From assembly GCA_036351575.1 (NCBI GenBank), contig JAZBPJ010000131.1:10186-74185 (forward strand): a stretch of 64,000 nt of DNA, written 5' to 3'. The notes below the pieces were generated by a model, which saw nothing but the letters and a program-made list of their open reading frames with translations, ran no database searches and was not told the DNA's origin. Position numbers and translations under genes: made by a program. How positions within the stretch are numbered: position 1 is the first letter of the stretch; each line of letters starts with the position of its first letter. This DNA is from Lysobacterales bacterium (GTDB taxonomy: Bacteria > Pseudomonadota > Gammaproteobacteria > Xanthomonadales > SZUA-36). Below are positions 9,046-17,935 of the stretch, piece by piece.

Positions 9046-9843
9046 TCAGCCCTCGACGAGAAAACGGTAATTCCTGTAGCGGAACACGGCTCCGTCACGG
9101 CGGATTTCGTCCAGGACCACCCCGCTCAGGCTGTCGCCCTCCTCCATGCGCTGTCCGTTGATCAACAGGAAGCGGTCTTGCGGGTTCTCCGCGTACACCA
9201 TGACGCTGATGCGCATTTCGGGCAGGCTGCTGCGCACGTTCTGCGGGAGCGCCCAGAAACTGACCGGTTCCAGTTCGCGGGACCCGGTCAGGTCGTTGTC
9301 GGCGGGAGGCTGCGGTTCTGCGGCGGCTTCCGGAAGCGGCGAGGACGGTGATGGCCCGGCGGCTTCCTCCGCGGCCGCCGTCGTCACCGGCTCCGGGGTC
9401 TCGAATTCGGTAAACGAGCGGTTCACGGAGCGGCGCTTTTCGGACTGGGAGTCCGCTTCTTCCTGCGGGCCGGATTCCGGGCCGGGCTGTTCGGCGCGGT
9501 AATCCTCGACCGGTGTGCGCGGCAGCGCCGCGGCCGGGCTTTCGTGTTTTTCGAGTGCCCGCTGCAGCCCGTCAGTCGCCGGCGGCGGCCGCTGGCTTAC
9601 CGCAGGCCCGGCGGAAACGGCTGATGTCTCCGCGACGGAAGGCTGCTCGCCAGTCTCGAACCAGGTCCGGGCGAACCAGCCCGCAAGCAACACGACCGGC
9701 ACGGCGGCCAACAACCAGAGCCAGCGCGGCAGGCGCCGCCTGCCCTGGTCCGGGTCGTGATCAGCGGGGCTGTGAACGCCCGGCGTTTCGCCCAGCCGGC
9801 GCTGTTCTTCGGATTTCTTGAGCGCATCGAGCAGTATGGACAC
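9046..9843 (-). CDS. gspB: Type II secretion assembly protein GspB/ExeB-like
   Basis: The N-terminus MSILLDALKKSEEQRR, one TM segment, a Pro/Ala/Glu-rich linker and the C-terminal LPEMRISVMVYAENPQDRFLLINGQRMEEGDSL..VLDEIRRDGAVFRYRNYRFLV are typical of the T2SS-B domain. Directly follows exeA. Confidence 0.8.
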   Translation of the reverse strand: MSILLDALKKSEEQRRLGETPGVHSPADHDPDQGRRRLPRWLWLLAAVPVVLLAGWFARTWFETGEQPSVAETSAVSAGPAVSQRPPPATDGLQRALEKHESPAAALPRTPVEDYRAEQPGPESGPQEEADSQSEKRRSVNRSFTEFETPEPVTTAAAEEAAGPSPSSPLPEAAAEPQPPADNDLTGSRELEPVSFWALPQNVRSSLPEMRISVMVYAENPQDRFLLINGQRMEEGDSLSGVVLDEIRRDGAVFRYRNYRFLVEG

Positions 9844-9845
9844 GG

Positions 9846-11504
9846 TCAGTCGCCCTCCTCCTGTTCATCGACCAGGCGCGGCTGGTCTATGGTCGGCGCC
9901 ATCAGGTGAATCAGCGTCTGCGGACCGACGATACCGTCGGCAACCAGGCCCCGCTCACGCTGGAAATCAGTCAGCCAGCGTTCAAAACCGGCATCGAAAC
10001 CGCCGGATCCCTCCCAGGGGGGATCGGCCATCGCGGCCATTTCCATGACAATATCGACCGCCGGCCCTGCCTGTCCCCGGCGAATTTCAAAGGGCCAGTC
10101 GGGCGCCTGCGGCCAGGCCGCCAGGAACTCTCCCAGCCACTGTCGCTCGATATCGGCGCGCGCCACGACCCGGCCATCGTCCGGCGATCCCAGCAAAATG
10201 TTCTCTCCCGCGAATCCCCGCAGCAACAGGAGACGTTCATCACCGGCGCGCAGGCGCAGCAGCACGGGAAGACCCAGGCCGCGAATCCGCGACCAACTCC
10301 CGGAATCCTCGAGGCAGGCGAACCCGGTTGCCGGCACACCCTCGCAGGCCGCACGCACGGCCGCAGCCGCCCCGTCCCGCCCCCACAGCCCCGCCAAGGC
10401 CCGCCAGGAGCGCGCGTGCTGGGCGTCCAGCCACAGCTCATCGAGCGTATCGACGGGGGCCTCGGCTTTTTCGGGCGGTGCTTCAGCGACTGCCGTCACT
10501 GCATCGTCCGGGATTTGCCCGGCAGGCTCGTTGACCTGCTCAGCAAGCGGCTCGGCAGATTGTTCGGACTCGAACATTTCGTCGCTGCCCATCCCGTTCC
10601 ATTGCCACGTGGAGAGAATGACGGCGACCAGCATCAGGCCGGTAACGGCAGCCGTCAGCGGCACCCAGCGGTGTCCACGGACACGGCGCTCGGTAGGCTG
10701 GACTTCGTCCGCCGCCCGGTTCACGAGCCGCGGTCCGACACGTGTCGATTCACTGGCGTAAGCGCCCGCCAGTGCACGATCGGCAATGATATTGATCAGG
10801 CGCGGCACACCGTCGGAGCGCCGGTACAGCGATTTGAGGGCCGAGCGGGTAAACGGGTTCCCGGAGGCGCCGGCGACCATCATCCGGTGGCGCACATAGG
10901 CCCGGGTCTCCGCCTCGTCGAGCGGCTCGAGGTGGTAACGGGCGGTGACGCGCTGCGCCAGCTGGCGCAGGTCACTGCGCTGCAGAAGCTTTCTCAGCTC
11001 GGGCTGCCCCAGCAGGACCATCTGCAGCAATTTCTGCTTGGCGGTTTCCAGGTTCGTGAGCAGGCGAACCTGTTCCAGGGATTCCGGGCTGAGGTTTTGC
11101 GCCTCGTCTATCACGACGACGACGCGCCGGCCTTTTGCATGCTGGTCAAGCAGGTAGGCGTTCAGCGCATCGACCATGCCCTTGTTGCTGCCGGCGATTC
11201 CTTCGGTCGGTATGCCCAGCTCACCGCAGATCGTCTCCAGCAGCTCGCTCGGGGTCAGCAGGGGATTGAGGACCAGGGCGACCCGCGTATCTTCCCCGAC
11301 CTGTTCCAGCAGGCAGCGGCACAGCGTGGTCTTGCCGGTGCCGACTTCCCCGGTGAGCTGCACGAAGCCGCCGGAGCCGCCCTGCCCCACGCCGTAAAGC
11401 AGGTGCGCCAGCGCTTCCCGGTGTTCCGGGCTCAGGTAAACGAAGGCCGGATCCGGCGTTATGGAAAACGGCGCCTCCGACAAACCGAAAAATTGCAGGT
11501 ACAC
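9846..11504 (-). CDS. exeA: ExeA/GspA-type AAA ATPase with a C-terminal peptidoglycan-binding domain
   Basis: MYLQFFGLSEAPFSITPDP.., Walker A GEVGTGKTT, a TM segment and a C-terminal PG_binding_1-like FQRERGLVADGIVGPQTLIHL. GTG start. Confidence 0.88.
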   Translation of the reverse strand: MYLQFFGLSEAPFSITPDPAFVYLSPEHREALAHLLYGVGQGGSGGFVQLTGEVGTGKTTLCRCLLEQVGEDTRVALVLNPLLTPSELLETICGELGIPTEGIAGSNKGMVDALNAYLLDQHAKGRRVVVVIDEAQNLSPESLEQVRLLTNLETAKQKLLQMVLLGQPELRKLLQRSDLRQLAQRVTARYHLEPLDEAETRAYVRHRMMVAGASGNPFTRSALKSLYRRSDGVPRLINIIADRALAGAYASESTRVGPRLVNRAADEVQPTERRVRGHRWVPLTAAVTGLMLVAVILSTWQWNGMGSDEMFESEQSAEPLAEQVNEPAGQIPDDAVTAVAEAPPEKAEAPVDTLDELWLDAQHARSWRALAGLWGRDGAAAAVRAACEGVPATGFACLEDSGSWSRIRGLGLPVLLRLRAGDERLLLLRGFAGENILLGSPDDGRVVARADIERQWLGEFLAAWPQAPDWPFEIRRGQAGPAVDIVMEMAAMADPPWEGSGGFDAGFERWLTDFQRERGLVADGIVGPQTLIHLMAPTIDQPRLVDEQEEGD

Positions 11505-11536
11505 TCGCTCCCCCGTTACGGCCGATTCATGCGGGC

Positions 11537-14500
11537 TCAGTCATTCAGGTCCAGCAGGCTGGCGTTGCCGCCAACCGCCGCCGTGTTGATCGTCAGTGTT
11601 CGCTCCGTGGCGAAACGCAGCATGTAATGTGGACCTCCGGCTTTCGGTCCGGTTCCGGACAGGTTCTCGCCGCCGAACGGCTGCACGCCCACCACGGCCC
11701 CGATCATGTTCCGGTTAATATAACAGTTGCCCGCCCGGACCCGGCTGACGATGTATCGCTGGGTGCGGTCGATCCGGCTGTGCACGCCCAGCGTCAGGCC
11801 GTAATTCGTCGAGTTGATCTCGTCGATGACGCGGTCGAGTTCGCCGGAACGGTAGCGGACAACGTGCAGCACGGGGCCGAAAATTTCTTTCTCCAGCACC
11901 TTGATCGACTCGATTTCGAAAGCGCAGGGAGCCATGTAGTGGCCGTCCAGCCCGGGCGGCAGCGGCGTGCGGGCGATCAGGCGCTGTTCGCGCTCCATGC
12001 GCTCGGCATGGGCTTCGAGTTCGGCCAGCGCCGCGGCGTCGATAACGGGCCCCACGTCGGTCGACAGCTGCCACGGCAGGCCGATGACCAGTTGCTGCAT
12101 GGCGCCGGCCAGCAGTTCCATGATCGTATCCGCGACGTCTTCCTGCAGAAACAGAACCCGCAAGGCCGAACAGCGCTGCCCGGCGCTGTGAAACGCGCTG
12201 CGGATAACATCCTGGACCAGCTGCTGCGGCAGGGCCGAGCTGTCCACCAGCATCGCGTTCTGGCCGCCGGTCTCGGCGATGAAGGTGGCCAGCGGCGCAT
12301 CGCGCGCGGCCAGGGAGCGGTTGATGATGTGCGCCGTTTCCAGCGAACCGGTCAGGGCCACACCGGCGATTCGCTCGTCTGAGGTCAGCTTGGCGCCCAC
12401 CACCGATCCGCGCCCGGGCACGAACTGCAGCGCCTCGCGCGGCACGCCGGCCTCGTGCATCAGGCGCACGGCGGCGGCCGCGATGGCCGGTGTCTGATCG
12501 GCCGGCTTGGCCAGCACGGTGTTGCCGGCTGCCAGCGCCGCGCTGACCTGGCCGGTAAAAATGGCGAGCGGAAAATTCCACGGGCTGATGCAGGCGAAAA
12601 CACCCCTGCCGTGCAGGCTCAGTTCGTTGGTCTCCCCGGTCGGCCCCGGCAAACGCCTGGGTGCGTCAAAATCGCGGCGGGCCTGGGCGGCGTAGTACCT
12701 CAGAAAATCGACTGCTTCGCGAATTTCCGCCACCGCGTCGTGTGCCGTTTTGCCCGCCTCGCGTGCGAGCAGGACCATGAATTCGGGATGGTTCTCTTCC
12801 AAAAGGTCCGCGGACCGCTCGAGCATCCCGGCACGGCGCGCGCCGCGCAGGGCATCCCACTGCGGCTGGAAAGCGCGCGCCACACCAATGGCCGCGTCGA
12901 CCTCGCTCAACGTCGCTTCGCGAACTTTGCCGATGGTGTCCGAGCCGCGGCCGGGGTCGATGTTGTCGGCGTGCTCGCTTTCGCGGTGCGCATCGGCCGG
13001 ACAGGCCAGGATGGGCTCCACGTCCCAGCGTTCGCGCGCAAAAACCTGCATGCGTCCCGCCAGCTTGTGCACTTCGGTCTCGTTATCGAAGTTGACGCCT
13101 GCCGAATTCAGGCGCTCCTCGCCATAGAGATGACGGGGCAGCGGAATGTCCGGATGGTATACCGGGTCGTAGTTCGCCACCTTGTCGATCGGATCTTCGG
13201 CCACGGTCTCGATGGGCAGCCGGTCGTCCGACAGGCGGTTCACGAACGAGGTGTTCGAACCGTTCTCGAGCAGCCGCCGCACGAGGTAAGGCAGCAGGTC
13301 CTCGTGCCGGCCCACCGGTGCGTAAACCCGGCAGGCATGATTGAAGCCCTTTTCGCGCATGACCACGCCGTACAGGTCCTTGCCCATGCCGTGCAGGCGC
13401 TGGAACTCGTAGTCCAGCCGGTCACCGGCCAGTTCGGTCACCGCGGCAATGGTGTGTGCGTTGTGCGTGGCGAACTGGGGATAGAAAGCCTGGCGGTTGG
13501 CCAGGACTTTTTTCGCGCAGGCGATGTAGCTGACATCGGTATTGGCCTTGCGGGTGAATACCGGGTAACCGCCGAAACCTTCCACCTGGGCGTGTTTGAC
13601 CTCGCTGTCCCAGTAAGCGCCCTTGACCAGGCGCACCGGGATACGCTGGCCCGATCGCCGGGACAACGCAGCCAGCAGGTCGATGACGGCCGGCGCCCGC
13701 TTCTGGTAAGTCTGCAAGGCGAGCCCCAGCCCGTTCCAGCCTTTCAGGTTCGGGTCGAGCAGGACAGCGGAAAAGACGTCGAGGGTCAGCATCAGGCGGC
13801 CCGCTTCCTCGGTGTCGACCGTCATGGCCATGCGATTGCTCAGCGCGAACTGCGCGAGCTCCAGCAGGCGCGGCGTCAGTTCCCGCAGCACGCGCTGTCG
13901 CTGCGCCTGTTCAAAGCGCGGATGCAAAGCGGACAGCTTCACCGAGATGCTGGGCGACTCGAAAATATTTTCGGGGCGCTCGCGCCGGCCGATCGCCGCG
14001 ATGGCCGAGCGGTAAGCCTCCATGTAACGGTCGGCGTCCCGGGCGGTCAGGGCCGCCTCGCCGAGCATGTCGAAACTGTGACGGTATTCGCGATGCGCTT
14101 TCTCCTCGGAGCGATCCAGCGCCTCGTCGATGTTGCGGCCCATCACGTACTGGTAGCCCATGATTTTCATGGCCTGGCGAATCGCCGTGCGCACGACCGG
14201 CTCGCCGCTGCGGTTGGCCAGGCGTCTCAGGGTCGTCCTGATACTTTTTTGCGCGTCCTCGGACAGCGCAACGAGCTTGCCGGTCAGCATCAGCCCCCAG
14301 GTGGACGCATTGACCAGAACCGAGGGGCTCTTGCCGAGATGCGATTCCCAGTTGGCCTCGCCCAGCTTGTCCGAAATCAGTTTCTCGGCGGTGGCCTTGT
14401 CCGGTATGCGAAGCAGCGCCTCGGCGAGGCACATCAGCACCACCCCTTCCTCCGAGGAAAGATCGTACTGCTGCATGAATGCATCCATCAGGCCGCGTTC

Positions 14501-14707
14501 TTCCTTGCGCTCACGCACCGAGCGGACGAGGCGCTGGGCGCGCTCGTTGACCCGCTCCGCAGCCGCGGGTTCCAGGCGTGCCGTGGCCAGCAGGGCCGCG
14601 ACAGCCTCGGTTTCGTCAGCGTGGTAGAGACCATCGATACGATCACGGTAGTCGTCGTGGGTCGACGGCCCGGATATCAGGAATTCGTGTGTTTCAACTT
14701 CGTTCAA
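11537..14707 (-). CDS. putA: Bifunctional proline dehydrogenase / L-glutamate gamma-semialdehyde dehydrogenase PutA (no N-terminal DNA-binding domain)
   Basis: PRODH barrel plus ALDH domain (FTGQVSAALAAGNTVLAKPA.., ETGGQNAMLVD). The start is reassigned to in-frame TTG 14707, preceded by GGAGGAG (14719-14713) with a 5-nt spacer. The track ORF extends to 14929 through non-conserved, Arg-rich sequence. Confidence 0.92.
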   Translation of the reverse strand: MNEVETHEFLISGPSTHDDYRDRIDGLYHADETEAVAALLATARLEPAAAERVNERAQRLVRSVRERKEERGLMDAFMQQYDLSSEEGVVLMCLAEALLRIPDKATAEKLISDKLGEANWESHLGKSPSVLVNASTWGLMLTGKLVALSEDAQKSIRTTLRRLANRSGEPVVRTAIRQAMKIMGYQYVMGRNIDEALDRSEEKAHREYRHSFDMLGEAALTARDADRYMEAYRSAIAAIGRRERPENIFESPSISVKLSALHPRFEQAQRQRVLRELTPRLLELAQFALSNRMAMTVDTEEAGRLMLTLDVFSAVLLDPNLKGWNGLGLALQTYQKRAPAVIDLLAALSRRSGQRIPVRLVKGAYWDSEVKHAQVEGFGGYPVFTRKANTDVSYIACAKKVLANRQAFYPQFATHNAHTIAAVTELAGDRLDYEFQRLHGMGKDLYGVVMREKGFNHACRVYAPVGRHEDLLPYLVRRLLENGSNTSFVNRLSDDRLPIETVAEDPIDKVANYDPVYHPDIPLPRHLYGEERLNSAGVNFDNETEVHKLAGRMQVFARERWDVEPILACPADAHRESEHADNIDPGRGSDTIGKVREATLSEVDAAIGVARAFQPQWDALRGARRAGMLERSADLLEENHPEFMVLLAREAGKTAHDAVAEIREAVDFLRYYAAQARRDFDAPRRLPGPTGETNELSLHGRGVFACISPWNFPLAIFTGQVSAALAAGNTVLAKPADQTPAIAAAAVRLMHEAGVPREALQFVPGRGSVVGAKLTSDERIAGVALTGSLETAHIINRSLAARDAPLATFIAETGGQNAMLVDSSALPQQLVQDVIRSAFHSAGQRCSALRVLFLQEDVADTIMELLAGAMQQLVIGLPWQLSTDVGPVIDAAALAELEAHAERMEREQRLIARTPLPPGLDGHYMAPCAFEIESIKVLEKEIFGPVLHVVRYRSGELDRVIDEINSTNYGLTLGVHSRIDRTQRYIVSRVRAGNCYINRNMIGAVVGVQPFGGENLSGTGPKAGGPHYMLRFATERTLTINTAAVGGNASLLDLND

Positions 14708-14991
14708 GGAATCTCCTCCCGGCAGGAGCCGCTGCTGTTCGGTAACCGGCGGCAAACCCGGACGCTCAGATCGGGGATGCCTGATTCTACGCCGGGATTG
14801 CCGCTGAATAAACTTGCCGTGGTGAAAGGTGGCCTGCGCCGCGCGGGCAGGCCGGCCTGAAACCCTGCGACCTGGCCGAAAAGCGAAATAATGCTGACAT
14901 GGATATCTGTTCGGCCCGCCCCAATACACCTAAAATACACATCCCGAACACAATACAGGCGCCAGCCCATTCCGAGCGGAGCACCAGCGAA

Positions 14992-17925
14992 ATGAGCGAC
15001 ACACGAAACCAGCACAGCGACTCCTCCCCGCTGCACGATCTCGAAGGAAACGCAGACTTCATCAGCCGCCATATCGGCCCGCGGGAACACGATATCGATA
15101 AGATGCTCGCCGAGATCGGGGCCGAATCACTGGATGAACTGATCGCCAGCACGCTTCCGCCGAGCATCCAGACCGAAGCTCCGCTGGACCTGCCGGACGC
15201 CATCAGCGAGGAATCCACTCTGGCGCAATTGCGGAAAATGGCGGACCGCAACCGGGTCATGCACAGCATGATCGGCATGGGTTACCACGATACCGTGCTG
15301 CCGCCCGTCATTCTGCGCAACGTGCTCGAAAACCCGGGCTGGTACACCGCCTATACGCCCTACCAGGCCGAGATATCGCAGGGGCGTCTCGAGGCCCTGC
15401 TGAATTACCAGCAGATGGTCAGTGACCTGACCGGAATGCCCATCGCCAACGCTTCCCTGCTGGACGAGGCCACCGCGGCGGCCGAAGCGATGACAATGCT
15501 GCAGCGCGTGAACCGGAAATCGAAATCGACACGCTTCCTGGTGGACCCGGCCGTATTGCCGCAAACGCTGGACGTGGTGCAAAACCGGGCTCGCTACTTC
15601 GGTATCGAGGTCGTGGTGGCCGAACCGCAAGCGGCCGTCGCCGAGGGAGATTTCTTTGGTCTGCTGCTCCAGTACCCGGGTGTCGACGGCGAAATATGCG
15701 ACCACGGCGCCACGATTGCGGCTGCGCACGAAAAGGGCGCGCTGGTCGCCGTGGCCACCGACCTGATGGGCCTGGTCCTGCTCAAGCCCCCCGGTGAAAT
15801 GGGCGCGGACGTGGTCATCGGCTCGGCTCAGCGTTTCGGCGTGCCGATGGGCTTCGGCGGTCCGCACGCGGCGTTCTTTGCCACCCGCGACGCCTATAAG
15901 CGATCGATCCCCGGGCGCATCATCGGCGTATCGCAGGACAGCCGGGGCCGCACCGCGCTGCGCATGGCGCTGCAGACCCGCGAACAGCATATCCGCCGGG
16001 ACAAGGCGACCAGCAACATCTGCACGGCCCAGGCGCTGCTGGCGGTTATCGCCGGTTTCTACGGCGTCTACCACGGCGCCGAGCGCCTGCAGCGAATCGC
16101 CATGCGCATTCACCGCATGACGGGCCTGCTGGCCAGCGGCCTGGAAGAATCCGGCTTCAGCTGCCGCCATCCGCATTACTTCGACACGCTGGTTTACGAC
16201 GTCGGCGAAGAGGCGGCCGGGGCCATCCTGGAACGGGCCCGCGCGGCGGGCATCAACCTGCGCCACGTGGAAGCAGGCGTGATCGGCATCAGCGTGAATG
16301 AAAAAACGACGCGCGGCCACCTGGGGGCCCTGCTCGCAGCCTTTGCCGGGAGCGACGCGGTCCGCAGCGTGGAGGCAGTCGACCGCAAACTCGGCGCGGA
16401 CTGGAGCGCGATACCCGAAAACCTGCAGCGCAGCAGCGAATTCCTGCAGCACCCTGTGTTTCGCGATTACCACTCCGAGACCGACATGCTGCGCTACCTC
16501 AAGCGCCTGGAAAACAAGGACCTGTCGCTGGCGCACGCCATGATTTCTCTCGGTTCCTGCACGATGAAGCTGAACGCCACGACCGAGATGATCCCGGTCA
16601 CCTGGCCGGAATTTTCGAACATTCATCCTTTCGCGCCGGCGGATCAGACCGAGGGCTACCGCGCGCTGTTCCATGAACTGGAGAGAATGCTGGTCGCATG
16701 CACCGGGTACGACGCGGTCTCGCTGCAGCCCAACGCGGGATCGCAGGGCGAATACGCCGGGCTGCTCGCCATCAAGGCCTACCACGAATCGCGCGGCGAC
16801 CATCACCGCGATATCTGCCTGATTCCCTCGTCCGCCCACGGAACCAACCCGGCCAGCGCGGCCATGGCCGGCATGAAAATCGTCGTCGTGGGCTGTGATT
16901 CGAACGGCAACGTGGACCTGGAAGACCTCAAGCGCCGGGCAGCGGAGCACGCCGAGCGGCTCGGTGCGCTGATGATCACCTACCCGTCCACCCACGGTGT
17001 GTTCGAGGAAGACGTGCGCGAAATCTGCGACATCGTGCACCAGAAGGGCGGACAGGTTTACCTGGACGGCGCCAACCTCAACGCACTGGTCGGCTGCGCC
17101 GCGCCGGGTGAATTCGGTGCAGACGTTTCACACCTGAACCTGCACAAGACATTCTGCATCCCGCACGGCGGCGGCGGGCCGGGAGTCGGGCCGATTTGCG
17201 TCGGCAAGCACCTCGAGCCTTTCCTGCCCGGGCACTCCATCGTCGACATCGGCGGATCATCGGCCGGCAACCCGGCGGTTTCGGCCGCGCCCTGGGGCAG
17301 CGCCAGCATCCTTCCGATCTCATGGAGCTATATTCGCATGATGGGCGGCCAGGGCATGAAAAAAGCCACCCAGGTAGCCATCCTGAGCGCGAACTACATC
17401 GCTCACCGCCTTGCGCCGGCTTACCCCGTGCTTTATACCGGCCGCAACGGCAGGGTCGCGCACGAGTGCATCATCGACATCCGCCCGTTCAAGGAGTCCT
17501 GCGGCATTAGCGAGGAGGACGTCGCCAAGCGCCTGATCGATTACGGCTTCCATGCGCCGACCATGTCCTTCCCGGTACCCGGAACACTGATGATCGAACC
17601 GACGGAAAGCGAACCGCTGTCCGAGATCGAGCGTTTCATCGAGGCCATGCTGGCCATACGCGAAGAAATCCGGGCCGTCGAGGAAGGCAGGATGGACGCG
17701 AACGACAACCCCCTGAAATGGGCGCCGCACACCGCCGCGGACCTCGCCGGCAACTGGCCGCACGGCTACGACCGGGCGCAGGCCGCCTACCCGGTGGCCG
17801 GCCTGTACGAAAGCAAGTTCTGGTCGGCGGTGAGCCGCGTGGACAACGTGTTCGGCGACCGCAACCTGCAATGCGCCTGCCCGCCGCCCGAGGCATGGGT
17901 CAGCGAGGCCGGAAACGACGACTGA
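14992..17925 (+). CDS. gcvP: Glycine dehydrogenase (decarboxylating), glycine cleavage system P protein
   Basis: The full-length single-chain P protein reads [30 protein letters not shown].., [38 protein letters not shown] 14992 is preferred over the 14899 extension. Confidence 0.95.
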   Translation: MSDTRNQHSDSSPLHDLEGNADFISRHIGPREHDIDKMLAEIGAESLDELIASTLPPSIQTEAPLDLPDAISEESTLAQLRKMADRNRVMHSMIGMGYHDTVLPPVILRNVLENPGWYTAYTPYQAEISQGRLEALLNYQQMVSDLTGMPIANASLLDEATAAAEAMTMLQRVNRKSKSTRFLVDPAVLPQTLDVVQNRARYFGIEVVVAEPQAAVAEGDFFGLLLQYPGVDGEICDHGATIAAAHEKGALVAVATDLMGLVLLKPPGEMGADVVIGSAQRFGVPMGFGGPHAAFFATRDAYKRSIPGRIIGVSQDSRGRTALRMALQTREQHIRRDKATSNICTAQALLAVIAGFYGVYHGAERLQRIAMRIHRMTGLLASGLEESGFSCRHPHYFDTLVYDVGEEAAGAILERARAAGINLRHVEAGVIGISVNEKTTRGHLGALLAAFAGSDAVRSVEAVDRKLGADWSAIPENLQRSSEFLQHPVFRDYHSETDMLRYLKRLENKDLSLAHAMISLGSCTMKLNATTEMIPVTWPEFSNIHPFAPADQTEGYRALFHELERMLVACTGYDAVSLQPNAGSQGEYAGLLAIKAYHESRGDHHRDICLIPSSAHGTNPASAAMAGMKIVVVGCDSNGNVDLEDLKRRAAEHAERLGALMITYPSTHGVFEEDVREICDIVHQKGGQVYLDGANLNALVGCAAPGEFGADVSHLNLHKTFCIPHGGGGPGVGPICVGKHLEPFLPGHSIVDIGGSSAGNPAVSAAPWGSASILPISWSYIRMMGGQGMKKATQVAILSANYIAHRLAPAYPVLYTGRNGRVAHECIIDIRPFKESCGISEEDVAKRLIDYGFHAPTMSFPVPGTLMIEPTESEPLSEIERFIEAMLAIREEIRAVEEGRMDANDNPLKWAPHTAADLAGNWPHGYDRAQAAYPVAGLYESKFWSAVSRVDNVFGDRNLQCACPPPEAWVSEAGNDD

Positions 17926-17935
17926 CTAGGGTCAG

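Noticed and set aside
9906-11627. 573-aa plus-strand ORF, and similar long ORFs at 15127-17040 (-), 34977-36509 (-), 36661-38022 (-), 44243-45520 (-), 45495-47060 (-), 17960-19321 (+), 20098-21342 (+), 28171-29757 (+) and 56179-57603 (+).
   Set aside because: All lie antisense to, or out of frame with, confidently identified conserved genes. Their composition is typical of GC-rich shadow frames, and none has a convincing SD or recognisable domain.
12455-14860. 801-aa plus-strand ORF.
   Set aside because: Antisense shadow of putA, with the same compositional signature (R/G/A/H/Q) and no motifs.
14708-14991. Possible tandem glycine riboswitch upstream of gcvP.
   Set aside because: Only loose resemblance was found: ACCGGCGGCAA against ACCGAAGGGGCAA, CUCAGAUCGGGGA and CUGGCCGAAAAGCGA against CUCAGGCAAAAGGAC. 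The GGAGAG/CUCUC pairing that defines the aptamer core is absent. It is not supportable without a cmsearch (RF00504) hit.
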